64,000 nt of DNA from Macrostomum lignano. Its lineage: Eukaryota. Location of the stretch: NCBI GenBank assembly GCA_002269645.1, contig NIVC01001769.1, positions 62,001-126,000 on the forward strand. The letters run 5' to 3'. A model generated the notes under the pieces. The model worked only from the letters and a program-made list of their open reading frames with translations, was not told the DNA's origin and made no database searches. Below, piece after piece: positions 24,590 to 37,293 of the stretch. The number at the start of each line of letters is the position of its first letter. Position 1 is the first letter of the stretch. The translations under genes were made by a program, and so were the position numbers.

Positions 24590-24900
24590 ATTGTAGTCTA
24601 GCGGTTAGAGCATCGGACTCACGACTTGAAGGTTGGGGGTTCGATTCCCGATCCCACTGGAACAATTTGTGTCCTTGAGCAAGACACTTAACTCTGCATT
24701 GCTTCAGTTCACCCAGCTGTAAAATGGGTGCCAGCATTAGCTGGGGTAATTGAGGGTGTGTGTGGCGACCCCCCCCCCCAGTCCTTGGACTGAACAGCCG
24801 TACTCAGCCTTCAGATGCGCCGCACAATGGCTTCGGCTGAGCTGTCGGTTGCACATCTGCCCATGCCATTGGGCATCAGTGTAATCAATTATTATTGAAT
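24590..24900 (+). mobile_element. SINE family 1, full length
   Basis: Same head, core and 3' body as the copies at 16555 and 37872. Confidence 0.88.
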
Positions 24901-25163
24901 TAAACAGGATTCTGAAAAAAACCGACTCCATTTGATAGTTGGTGGATCAAGTGTACAAGAGGCTCTGAGACAATCCATCTGGGTCTCTTATGATCAAAGT
25001 TTGGTTCAAAGCTTTCTAAAGTTCTCTGAGTTGGCATGCATTCATAAATTAATTATCATTACAATGCAGACTAAAGGAATGCAGTTGATGGGATTGTCGC
25101 AGCGTCTAAAAGTTTCTGTTTGCTTTTGTAACGTTCTAAAATTTTCAGTGAGGATTTTTGAAG

Positions 25164-26075
25164 AGTTGAGAACAGGTGTTGCCAGAGTTGAGAACAGGTG
25201 TTGCCAGAGTTGAGAACAGGTGTTGCCAGAGTTGAGAACAGATGTTGCCAGAGTTGAGAACAGGTGTTGCCAGAGTTGAGAACAGATGTTGCCAGAGTTG
25301 AGAACAGGTGTTGCCAGAGTTGAGAACAGGTGTTGCCAGAGTTGAGAACAGGTGTTGCCAGAGTTGAGAACAGGTGTTGCCAGAGTTGAGAACAGGTGTT
25401 GCCAGAGTTGAGAACAGGTGTTGCCAGAGTTGAGAACAGGTGTTGCCAGAGTTGAGAACAGGTGTTGCCAGAGTTGAGAACAGGTGTTGCCAGAGTTGAG
25501 AACAGGTGTTGCCAGAGTTGAGAACAGGTATTGCCAGAGTTGAGAACAGGTGTTGCCAGAGTTGAGAACAGGTGTTGCCAGAGTTGAGAACAGGTGTTGT
25601 TCGAGTTGAGAACAGGTGTTTTCAGGGTTGAGAACAGGTGTTGTCAGGGTTGCGAACAGGTGTTGCCAGAGTTGAGAACAGGTGTTGCCAGAGTTGAGAA
25701 CAGGTGTTGCCAGAGTTGAGAACAGGTGTTGCCAGAGTTGAGAACAGGTGTTGTTCGAGTTGAGAACAGGTGTTTTCAGGGTTGAGAACAGGTGTTGTCA
25801 GGGTTGCGAACAGGTGTTGCCAGAGTTGAGAACAGGTGTTGCCAGAGTTGAGAACAGGTGTTGCCAGAGTTGAGAACAGGTGTTGCCAGAGTTGAGAACA
25901 GGTGTTGCCAGAGTTGAGAACAGGTGTTGCCAGAGTTGAGAACAGGTGTTGTTCGAGTTGAGAACAGGTGTTTTCAGGGTTGAGAACAGGTGTTGTCAGG
26001 GTTGCGAACAGGTGTTGCCAGAGTTGAGAACAGGTGTTGTCAGGGTTGAGAACAGGTGTTGCCAGAGTTGAGAAC
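25164..26075. repeat. 22-bp minisatellite (TGAGAACAGGTGTTGCCAGAGT), about 40 units
   Basis: Directly visible. Ends about 290 bp upstream of the lectin gene A start codon. Confidence 0.97.
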
Positions 26076-26361
26076 AAGAGTACCAGACTCAGCTAATGCT
26101 GAAAGTCCAATGCACTTTGAACACGTAACAATTTTATTGATTTATGATTTTCTACTCAAAATCAAACGATTTAGTTTTGTCTATGGCCGATAGTTGTGCT
26201 GCATATCTCGAACATACATAGTTTGAACTGACAACAACAAGTGAACTAACTGAGACCAGAGCACCCAGGAAATAATCATTGCCTTTTTTTATTCGAAGTT
26301 TGAAATCGAAATTTCGAGCTCTCCAAACTAAGCCTAGGATCAGTCAGTTATAATCGTTGTA

Positions 26362-29300
26362 ATGCAACTAAAATGGCTCGTTGCGGCCCTGATTTTGAGC
26401 AGCCTGACTCAAGCTCCAGCTGGCACTCGAATCTACAAGAGTAGAAAAAAAGTGATCGCCATGGTGGGAGGCAGGACAGGAGAGGGTGAGCTCTTTGTTT
26501 TTTTATCAACTTTGCCTTCTTAACATGTACAATACATGATTTTGTTGTTTATGGCTCTTGGCTTTGAACTTGGCTTTCCACACTCCGATGACATTTGTCC
26601 TTGAGGATTCTGGGTAACATTCCGGCTGTCTCACCGTTTGAGTATTTTACATCGAGGATATTGCGCCTCTGGGATATTTTTACCCGAGGATATTTCACCT
26701 TGAGGATGCTTCATCTTGTGGATATTTTTCACCTTGGGGATATTTTACCTTGAGGATATTTCACCTGGAGGATATTTCACCTTGGGGATATTTCACCTTG
26801 GGGATATTTCACCTTGGGGATATTTCACCTTGGGGATATTTCACCTTGAGGATATTTCACCCTGGGGATATTTCACCTTGGGGATATTTCACCTTGGGGA
26901 TATTTCACCTTGAGGATATTTCACATTGGGGATATTTCACCTTGAAGATATTTCACCCTGGGGATATTTCACCTTGGGGATATTTTTGTAAAATTTCAAT
27001 GTTTTTAATAACTGTGCAATGCTTTTTTATTTACGAATCCATTTAGCCAAGCTGCACTTCAGCAGCTGCGAGCAGAGCAGCAACACAGACGCCTGCGTCA
27101 TGGCCATCGACGACTCTGTAAGCGACGAGTTCAGCCAGTGCGCTCACACGGACACCGAAAACAAAGCTAGCTGGAAGGGCTACCTTGAGAACCCGGCCTA
27201 CGTGTCTAGCGTGAGAATCATCAACTCGGACTGGAGACGACTCGGGATGAAGGTTTGTAAAACATTTCTCTCTCTCTCTCTCCCATATCTCAAGATACAT
27301 AGAGAACATAAAGCGTTTTGTATTTCACTTAACAGGACGGCCTGATGGAGTTCACAATCAGCGGCGGTGGTGAGGTCTGCTACACGCACTTATCTAATAC
27401 ATCATTTCTGACTAAAACCTTTCCCTGCGATATCCTGACAAGCTATATAGAGATCAAGAGCACAATGGAAGATGCGGCAATTGTTGTGTGCGACGTGCAA
27501 GTGAGAGGCGCCACGCTGTCATTTCCGACCATTCTGCAGTATCCGCCTCCGTAAGTATCGTGATTACCCAGATCCTAGATCCCAGATCCTAGATCCCAGA
27601 TCCTAGATCCCAGATCCTAGATCCCAGATCCTAGATCCCAGATCCTAGATCCCAGATCCTAGATCCCAGATCCTAGATCCCAGATCCTAGATCCCAGATC
27701 CTAGATCCCAGATCCTAGATCCCAGATCCTAGATCCCAGATCCTAGATCCCAGATCCTAGATCCCAGATCCTAGATCCCAGATCCTAGATCCCAGATCCT
27801 AGATCCCAGATCCTAGATCCCAGATCCTAGATCCCAGATCCTAGATCCCAGATCCTAGATCCCAGATCCTAGATCCCAGATCCTAGATCCCAGATCCTAG
27901 ATCCCAGATCCTAGATCCCAGATCCTAGATCCCAGATCCTAGATCCCAGATCCTAGATCCCAGATCCTAGATCCCAGATCCTAGATCCCAGATCCTAGAT
28001 CCCAGATCCTAGATCCCAGATCCTAGATCCCAGATCCTAGATCCCAGATCCTAGATCCCAGATCCTAGATCCCAGATCCTAGATCCCAGATCCTAGATCC
28101 CAGATCCTAGATCCCAGATCCTAGATCCCAGATCCTAGATCCCAGATCCGAGATCCCAGATGCTGGATCCCAGTTGCCTGACCAGGAATATTTATTCTAC
28201 TGTGTAATATTTCAGGAAAATAGAGCTCTCCGATTGCGATCAGAGCAGTATCAAGGGTACTAACAACTGTTGGTTTGCGGTGGACGGGAACTCCCAGCAT
28301 CAGCATGCTAACAAAGGCTACTGCGCCATGAGCCAGCTGGGAGAGTACGAATGGTGGTCCACTTCATTTAAGCTGCCAGCGATAGTGCAGCAAGTTATTC
28401 TTTACAATCGGATCGACTGTTGTCAGCAGGATTTGACCAATTTTGCGGTCACCGTTAGCGCGCAGCGGTGCGGCAGGTGAGTCGGGTGCCAGGTGTCTGA
28501 TGTGATGGACAGGTGTCTGATGTGATGGACAGGTGTCTGATGTGATGGACAGGTGTCTGATGTGATGGACAGGTGTCTGATGTGATGGACAGGTGTCTGA
28601 TGTGATGGACAGGTGTCTGATGTGATGGACAGGTGTCTGATGTGATGGACAGGTGTCTGATGTGATGGACAGGTGTCTTATGTAATGGATAGGTGTCTTA
28701 GGTTAGATGGACAGATGTCTCATGAGGTAGACAGGTGTCTTATCTTAGGTGGACAGGGGTCTCATGAGGTAGACAGGTATCTCACGTGATATATAGGTGT
28801 CCCGTGTGATGAACAAGTGGTGTTACTGTGATTAGCAGGTGTCTTATCTTAGACAGATATCTTAGGTGAGAAAAGCAGGTGTCTCATGTGATGGACAGGT
28901 GTCTCATAGTATAAACGCGTCACTTTTGAGCTTTTCTGTGTCTATTAGTGTCTCTGGCGTTTTGCTTACTAAATTTTTATCTGAATTCAAACTGGGCCCT
29001 TGAAATGAAAAGTTAAACTTAAAAAAATTGATATTTATTTGCAGATACAACAGTCCAGCTACGTTCAATATTAAGTCATTTCGGTGCAACTTATTTGGCA
29101 GCAATGTGCGGGTTCAACACATGAGCAAAACAGGTCGAGTGACTCTTTGCGAAGTGCAAGTTCTCGGTCACACCGCTGCCTTGACACCGGAGCAGTTGAG
29201 GGGTAAAAGGGGGATTTTTCTAGGCACATCGCCAAATACTCGTAGTTCTACGAGCATTGTAGATGAATACTGACTGAAGACCTGACCTGGCGTCTACCCT

Positions 29301-30833
29301 GACTCACCTGACACAGCTCTACTCTGACTCACCTGACACAGCTCTACTCTGAATCACCTGACACGGATACTCTGACTCACCTGGCACAGCTCTACTCTGA
29401 CTCACCTGACACAGCTCTACTCTGAATCACCTGACACGGATACTCTGACTCACCTGACACAGCTCTACTCTGACTCACCTGACACGGATACTCTGACTCA
29501 CCTGACACAGCTCTACTCTGAATCACCTGACACGGATACTCTGACTCACCTGACACAGCTACTCTGACTCAATTGACACAGCTACTATGACTCACCTGAC
29601 ACAGCTCTACCCTGACTCACCTGACACAGCTCCTATGACTCACCTGACACAGCTCTACTCTGAATCACCTGACACAGCTACTCTGACTCGCCTGACACAG
29701 CTACTCTGACTCGCCTGACGAAGCTACTGACTCACCTGACACAGCTACTCTGACTCACCTGACACGGATACTCTGACTCACTTGGCACAGCTACTATGAC
29801 TCGCCTGACACAGCTACTCTGACTCACCTGACACAGCTACTCTGACTCACCTGACACGGATACTCTGACTCACCTGACACGGATACTCTGACTCACCTGA
29901 CACGGATACTCTGACTCACCTGACACAGCTACTCTGACTCACCTGACACGGATACTCTGACTCACCTGACACAGCTACTCTGACTCACCCAACACAGCTA
30001 CTATGACTCACCTGACACAGCTCTACCCTGACTCACCTGACACTGCTCCTATGACTCACCTGACACAGCTCTACTCTGAATCACCTGACACAGCTACTCT
30101 GACTTGCCTGACACAGCTACTCTGACTCGCCCGACACAGCTACTCTGACTCGCCTGACACGGATACTCTGACTCACCTGACACAGCTACTCTGACTCACC
30201 TGACACGGATACTCTGACTCACCTGACACAGCTACTCTGACTCACCCAACACAGCTCTACTCTGACTCACCTGACACATAATCTGACTTACCTGACACAT
30301 ACTCTGACTCACCTGACACAGCTCTACTCTGACTCACCTGACACAGCTACTCTGACTCACCTGACACATAATCTGACTCACCTGACACATACTCTGACTC
30401 ACCTGACACAGCTCTACTCTGACTCACCTGACACAGTTCTACTCTGACTCACCTGACACAGCTCTACTCTGACTCACCTGACACAGCTCTACTCTGACTC
30501 ACCTGACACAGCTCTACTCGATCTGACTCACCTAACATTCCCAATTTTACAGAGTATAAAGGCTGCTTCAAAGACAGCCCAAAGGATCCGGACCTAAGCG
30601 ACTTCAAAGACCCAGTGTCGCTGTCGGCCATGGAGGTGAACAAATGCGACAGAATCTGCCGCAGGCTGGGCAAACGCTACTTCGGCATTCAAGGCGGGAT
30701 GCAGTGCTGGTGCGGCAGCAAATTCGGAAAGCACGGCAAAGTCCCGGACTCCGAGTGCGGCATGCCCTGCGAAGGCCGGCACCTGCAGTATTGCGGCGGC
30801 GATAATCGAAATCTTGTATTTGAACTGCTGTAA
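26362..30833 (+). CDS. Lectin gene A: signal peptide + 2 F-type-lectin-like domains + WSC; 6 exons (26362-26485, 27047-27252, 27336-27550, 28216-28476, 29045-29202, 30553-30833), 414 aa
   Basis: All introns are GT-AG with phases 1,0,2,2,1 and the joined CDS is 1245 nt. FTLD motifs C.QSS..AVDGN..C..WW..YNRIDCC..LCEVQV.G. WSC motif YKGCF.D..C...C...YFG.Q.G..CWCG..C..PC.G....CGG. Confidence 0.85.
26640..26985. repeat. 16-bp minisatellite (TATTTCACCTTGGGGA) in gene A intron 1
   Basis: Directly visible, about 20 units. Confidence 0.95.
27568..28165. repeat. 14-bp minisatellite (AGATCCCAGATCCT) filling gene A intron 3
   Basis: Nearly perfect array of about 42 units. Confidence 0.97.
28488..28905. 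repeat. 20-bp minisatellite (CAGGTGTCTGATGTGATGGA) in gene A intron 4
   Basis: About 10 perfect units starting 12 nt after the donor, then degenerate units. Confidence 0.95.
29295..30535. repeat. 23-25-bp minisatellite (GACTCACCTGACACAGCT[CT]ACTCT) filling gene A intron 5
   Basis: About 50 variant units. Confidence 0.97.
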
Positions 30834-31559
30834 TAGTTTGTTGTCTAGGAGACTAAAACTATGAAATACAGGGACTTCGGTAGTCTACTTTAAGTAGAAA
30901 GTAAAGATTTTTATTTATATTTGTACGTATATTTATTTATTTACGAGTACATTAGTTTTCTATTCTTGACTTAGCTAATGTTCTTTTGCTAGAATAATTA
31001 ATAAATAGGTGATAGTCATTAGTCATTTTGAACCATAATTGTATTTAAGTGTATTTAGCTGACATATCTTTATTAAGTTGTGTCATTTCAATTAACAGCC
31101 AAGTTTTTGTCTTTTTTGTTAAATTAATAAATACACAGATTGGTCCGATAGCCTTTTTGTAACTATATAGTTAGCTGCAGCTTACGATAAATTAATTATT
31201 TTAATTAGTACAATTTGTAATGCAGAACTACTCAACTAGAAGCAGGGGTCAAACTACGTTTCGTGGAGAATTTTAGGAGGCAGGTTTTCTTGAAAAGTAC
31301 ACACTACTCAGAAAGGTAGTTTCCATTTTTTCAGCACAAAAATTACTTTCGATAGGAAGCAGACCCAATGTCCGTCGTTTGATATGTTGTGTCTTTCTTA
31401 TATAGCTCTATTGATATTCATAAATCTTTTTGTTTAGGAAACTCGGATTTTGCATGTAGATTAATTTTTTTCTACGTAAATTCCTGTACCTAAATATTAT
31501 AAAAATGCATGTCACGGCTCGACTCATTGCAGGTTTTATGAATTCATTTCTAATTAGTG

Positions 31560-31715
31560 AGTAAATGGGGTACTTGAGGGTGTGTGTGGAACCCCCCCCC
31601 CAGTCCTTGGACTGAACAGCCGTACGCAGCCTTCAGATGCGCCGCGCAATAGCTGCGGCTGAGCTGTCGGTTGCACATCTGACCATTAGGGCAAGTGGGT
31701 GTAATCTATCATTAT
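31560..31715 (+). mobile_element. SINE family 1, 5'-truncated
   Basis: 3' half only (GAGGGTGTGTGTGG..CAGTCCTTGGACTGAACAGCC..GTGTAATC). Confidence 0.8.
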
Positions 31716-31929
31716 CATATTATAGAACTAGGATGCCTTTATTATTAATTTGATATTATGATTTTATACAGTTTATATAGCTCAAACGTATCACCCATAT
31801 CACGCGTGTCACACGTATCACATGTTATCACACGTATCACACGTTATCACATTTATCACACATGTCGCGTGATGTTGGAAGTCACGGAAGTGATGGACTT
31901 CGTGCCAGCTGTATGGGGCCCCGCCCCTG

Positions 31930-33200
31930 CTGTCGAGTAGCAGACTGCGCATATCGCCAGGATCCCAAAGAAACCAGTAGGTACCGTCAAGATCGAAGAG
32001 CTTCGCGGGATTTCACTAATGTCCTGCACGGCGCTGCTCAACAGGGTTCTGCTGTCGCGGCTGCAGCCGGTGCTGGACCCGTTCCTCCAGCTCGAGCAAA
32101 ACAGATTCCGGACAAGCAGAGGCACGGTGATCCAAATTTAGAAAAGGCCCGCGTCCGCCAGTCAGCCATCATCTGAATCTTCGTGGACTTCCTGAAGGCC
32201 TTTGACTCGGTGTCGAGGCGGGTCATCGCAAACATCCTGCGCGCGTATCACGGCTGTAATGGCTCCGTACCAGGAGACTAGGGCGGCAGTTATGACGCCG
32301 GGTGGCCTCTAATTCCGACTTTTCGACACGTCCTCCGGCATTCTATAAGGAGGCACCTGCGACATATTTCTGTTCGTCCAGGTCCTGGATTGGGCACTGC
32401 GCATCGGCCTCCCTGACGACTCCCACGGATCTTTGCTCTGCCGCAGAACAAGCAGGCGCGACACCTTGAGAAGTGACTCTCCGTCTAAGCGTACGCGGAC
32501 GACCTAGCGCTGCTGTCCAGCTCAGCCGAAGGAGCTCAACGCCTGCTAGACCAGCTGACGGCGGCGGCCGTTGTGATCGGACTGTCCATAAACACCAAAA
32601 AGACAATGGTGCTGACCGTGCCGACGGACCTCCCAGCTGAGATCGACTGCCGCTGCACGAACGGGCAGGCCAAGCATCACGGACGACATGGCACGGCGCA
32701 GTGCGCTTGACTGGGTCGCAGTCCGCACCTTGCAGACTGTCCTGCAGAGCCCCGCGCTGCCGGATCGGCTGAGAGGGCGGCTGTTCCAGGCCGTCATAGA
32801 AACCGTCCACTTTTACAACGCTGAAACGTGGACACTGACTGGTAGTGCACACTGATCGACGCAGCTCATGCTGGACTTCTGAGAGCCGCCTTGGGCGTCC
32901 ACTACTCGCCGACAGTCACCAGCAATAACGAGCTGTACCGACAGGCCCAGCTTTCCCGACCCAGCCAGCTGCTGCGCATACGGCGCCTACAACTGGTTGG
33001 CCACGTCATCCGGACAGAGCAGTGCTGCCCTGAGCCGCTTCAAGACGCGCTGCTGCTCTCCCTTCAAGGGCCGCGGCGGCTTGGTCAGGCGGGAAGTCTG
33101 CGTTTCGTTTCGTCCTGCTTCTAAGAGCCGCTGAGATTTCTGATCCTCGCGAACTCGCTATTCTGCGCAACTCTGCTTTTGACAGCAACCCAAACTTGGC
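31930..33200 (+). mobile_element. Degenerate RTE-like non-LTR retrotransposon (reverse transcriptase fragment)
   Basis: Frameshifted pieces read DFLKAFDSVSR, AYADDLALL, GLSINTKKTMVL, FYNAETWTLT and RIRRLQLVGHVIR, with stops. Confidence 0.85.
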
Positions 33201-33541
33201 TTGTCCAGGGTTGCTGTAGTTTGCTGTTGTTGTTTATAGCTCAATTTCAATGCTATCATATTTTAAGGATAAGAGCGTAAAACTAAAAAAGCAACCAAAT
33301 TTGAAATCGGCACAGGACGTGTCCCCTGCGCGCAAGGGCTGGGTCAATCGATACGTGTATATTGAACTGTTGACGCGGCTTAAACTAAACTAACGTGTTA
33401 GACAAGCCTAGAGTCCTAATTTTTGTTTGCAGTAAAAAATACAGGTAGAGGTAGAAAAATTGCCAAAAAATATGTCTTGCCTACAAATAAAAAAATGTTT
33501 GTTAATAGTACAAACAGTTCCCTTTTGTGTTCCGCAACTGT

Positions 33542-36500
33542 TCACACGAGAATCTCATAGACTGTGGTGAAGTTCCGTCCTCCGCAGGCCATGCCTCCGT
33601 CGTTCACGCATCCGAGATTGCACTTTTCTATTGCGGCGCTGCCATACCGGCCGTACTTGTTGCCGCAAAGGCAGGCTCGACCATTTTGCAAGCCGAAGTA
33701 GAGCTTGTTCAAGCGTTTGCACATTCGGTGGCATTTTCTTGGTTCCATAAACGAGTAGCTGATGACTTGTTCCATTTCCGGGTTATCCGGATCGTCATGA
33801 AAGCATCCTTTATGCTCTGGGGATATTGCAGAAGGGTTTCAGATCAGTGCTTTTTATCAGACATCTTCATAGGCGTAGTTAGAATTGTTATAAACCTGCA
33901 TGCTACAGCAGCACCAGGGGCTTTAGCACCAGGGACTTTAGCACCAGGGGCACCAGGGGCTTTAGCTTCATTATACATGCATAGCATAGAGCAATCACTG
34001 TTTTGAAGCAGACACAGCAAAACGTTGGACTCACCATGCCTCACGTCGGGATACAAGAGCGTTTTGTAGCCAAACACCTGTATTTGGCACACTGTGATGG
34101 CCGATTTCAACACTCGGCTCTCCAGTTTGACATTGTTGCCAAATCGAGTGCATCGAAATACCTTGCTTATAAACGGTTCAATAGACTCGTGTACAGCGCA
34201 GCTAGCTGAATTAACTAGGATGGCAAATTTATTCAGCAAATTGTTGCAGCACTTGTCCATCCGATTGTAAACTTTCACGTGTTTAATTAGCGTCGGCGTC
34301 ATTAAATAAACGGACAACCAGGACCGCGAGTACTCCTCTTCTCCCGGCAGAGTCAATGCACACTTTTTGCCGCTCTGGCCATGGAAAACGGCGAAATTCC
34401 GGTCGGTGGCGTCTTCGCATTTGCTGTTCTCCGCCGATGAGCTCATTAAGCAACCTGAGAAGCCAATCTCTCTTGAATTGGTTTAGAAAAATTTGTTCAG
34501 AAGTATATTATGAACCCGCCATTCTGAACCTGCCATTCTGAATCTGCCTATTCTGAATCTGCCATTCTGAACCCGCCATTCTGAATCTGCCATTCTGAAT
34601 CTGCCATTCTAAATCTGCCATTCTGAATCTGCCATTCTGAATCTGCCATTCTGAATCTGCCATTCTGAATCTGCCATTCTGAATCTGCCATTCTGAATCT
34701 GCCATTCTGAATCTACCTATTCTGAGTCTGCCATTCTGAATTTGCCCATTCTGAATCTGCTATTCTGAACCTACCCATTCTGAACTTGCCCATTCTGAAT
34801 CTGCCATTCTGAATCTGCCATTCTGAATCTGCCATTCTGAATCTGCTATTCTGAATCTGCCATTCTGAATCTGCCATTCTGAATCTGCCTATTCTGAATC
34901 TGCCATTCTGAATCTGCCATACTGAATCTGCCTATTCTGAATCTGCCTATTCTGAATCTGCCATTCTGAATCTGCCATTCTGAATCTGCCCTAAATCTGC
35001 CATTCTGAATCTGCCCATTTTAAATCTGCTATTCTGAATATGCTATTCTGAATCTGCCATTCTGAATATGCCAATCTAAAGACTCAAGCTCGCCTTAATT
35101 AACCACCTTAGCCACAGATTATCAAGCTCGTTTTTAACTCACGCCTCTCCGCTATCCAACCCTTGGAAAGTCAGAGGCTTTCCATAGACTTCGATTTCGC
35201 ACAATGACATGATGCTGTTGACACGGAAGCTTCGAATTAAAATTCTGTCTGCCATTGCGTCGCAAGGAAACGATCGAGTGATGAACGACTGTGACGAAAT
35301 GTGCCGATAGCAGGTGCTGTCGCCGGCGTATATGCCGAAATCGTGCATGGCGTTGAGCATCGCCTCGTCTGGCAGCTTCGCCGTGTGAATGACAACTCGA
35401 GCGATGTAAGAAGGCGTCTCAAGTTCGGCCTTAAGCGGAGAAAATAATAACTATTGACGTGTCAGTTCTCTAAAGACTGCACGAGTAAAAGTGAAGTGGG
35501 GAGTAAATTATTTGCCCAGTTATTGTCTAGACCCGTGAACTCCAACTCGAAAATCCTCTCTATCCAGCCCGGGGGCCCTTTGAAACTTCACGATAACAAT
35601 ACGGTCTCTTCTTAGCGGTCTTGAGCGGTGAACTACTGCAGCAGCGCCTGATGCCATGGCTCATTGGGGAGTTGCTGAGATGCCATGGCTCATTGGGGAG
35701 TTGCTGCGATGATAATTAGCTCAATGGGGGAGTTGCTGAGATACCAGTTGGCTCAATGTGGAGTTGCTGAGATGCCAATTGGCTCAATGGGGGAGTTGCT
35801 CAGATACCAGTTGGCTCATTGGGAGTTGCTGAGATGATAATTAGCTCAATGGATGAGTTGCTAAGATACCAGTTGGCTCAATGTGGAGTTGCTGAGATGC
35901 CAATTGGCTCAATGTGGAGTTGCTGAGATGCCATGGCTCATTGGGGAGTTGTTGAGATGCCATGGCTCAAATAGGATGCTGATATAGTTGACTATATATT
36001 TCTAAAATCAGTTGGAATGCATATCAATCCCACTTATCAATAATTGCAATAACAATGAGTAGAATTGAACTCACCTTCCAAAAGCTACTGAGCTCAGGTA
36101 CAGTCGAAACGCATTGAGTCCATTCTTGAACAATGCTGCCGTCAATAGCCAGATTGCAGTTCCCGGATGAGGAGCTCTGGCGACAGCGCTCTAGGTGTAG
36201 GCGTTCTGGAAGCAATTCAATGTAAATTGCAGATACGCAAGTCCAGATTTACTGTTGTAAATCTGCAAATACGGTTAAGAGTGCACTAGATCCAAGAGGA
36301 TAGATTTGTCTGAAAATCTGAGTTGATGCCTTCATCATGAGATTCTGTAATAAAGGATGCCTTCATCATGAGATTCTGTAATAAAGGATGCCTTCATCAT
36401 GAGATTCTGTAATAAAGGATGCCTTCATCATGAGATTCTGTAATAAAGGATGCCTTCATCATGAGATTCTGTAATAAAGGATGCCTTCATCATGAGATTC

Positions 36501-36790
36501 TGTAATAAAGGAAGACTTCATCATGAGATTCTGTAATAAAGGAAGATTTCATCATGAGATTCTGTAATGATACCGATCCTCACAATAGGTTGCTTAAAAA
36601 GAGCACTAAGTCTCCATGGCTTTAGCTACTCACCTTCATTGAAGTTGTCGTATCCAAGCATGCGGTACATCACTTGCCGAGTTTTAAAGAGTTGAAGCCC
36701 CACAACATTGGTTGAAAATAAAATCTGAAGTAGCAGTGCCAGAAATACGCAATTTCGATCTGGTAGACTTGAAAACCATTTTAAATGCAT
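33542..36790 (-). CDS. Lectin gene B: signal peptide + 2 F-type-lectin-like domains + WSC; 5 exons (36790-36634, 36205-36075, 35429-35143, 34471-34035, 33816-33542), 428 aa
   Basis: GT-AG introns with phases 1,0,2,1 and a joined CDS of 1287 nt with no stop. The start MHLKW matches gene A MQLKW. YNRMDKCC and WSC cysteine patterns are present. Confidence 0.85.
34515..35075. repeat. 14-bp minisatellite (CTGAATCTGCCATT) in gene B intron 3
   Basis: About 40 variant units. A second array lies at 56244-56760. Confidence 0.96.
35650..35975. repeat. About 29-31-bp degenerate minisatellite (GGAGTTGCTGAGATGCCATGGCTCAATG) in gene B intron 2
   Basis: About 11 units. The paralogous array is at 57330-57610. 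Confidence 0.9.
36325..36567. repeat. 31-bp minisatellite (GATGCCTTCATCATGAGATTCTGTAATAAAG) in gene B intron 1
   Basis: About 8 units here but only one unit at the paralogous site near 57898-57925. Confidence 0.93.
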
Positions 36791-37029
36791 TGCCCCAACT
36801 GTTTATTAGCTTAATTTTTTGTGAAACAACTAAAAGGCAGTCAAGAGTCAGTGTGAATTTTTTTAAATAGAATGTAAGCATTTTTGATGGCTTTTTGCAC
36901 CATAGATATATATCTTTTGTTACTTAGGGGTCCCTTTTATTTAAACAGAGGGAATGTAAATTAATATAAAAAGTATACGTGACGTCAGCACGACCAATAA
37001 CCATAACTAATTTAAGAAATGTATTATAA

Positions 37030-37293
37030 TAATTATTTATTACACCTGCCCTAATTAGCAGATATGCAGCCGTCACCTCAGCCGCAGCTATTCACGGTGC
37101 ATCTGAAGGCTGCGTACGGCTGTTCAGTCCAAGGACTGTGGGGGGGGGGGTCGCCACACGCATCCTCAATTACCCCAGCTAATGCTGGCACCAATTTTAC
37201 AGCAGGGTGAACAGAAGCAATGCAGAGTTAAGTCTCTTGCTTAAGGACCCAAATTGTTCCAAGTAGGATGAGAATCGAACCCCCGACCTTCGG
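37030..37293 (-). mobile_element. SINE family 1, head partly truncated
   Basis: Reverse complement of the family body up to GAATCGAACCCCCGACCTTC. Confidence 0.85.

Noticed and set aside
25164-26075. CRISPR-like array
   Set aside because: Head-to-tail repeats with no unique spacers, no cas genes and a eukaryotic context. The same holds for all other arrays.
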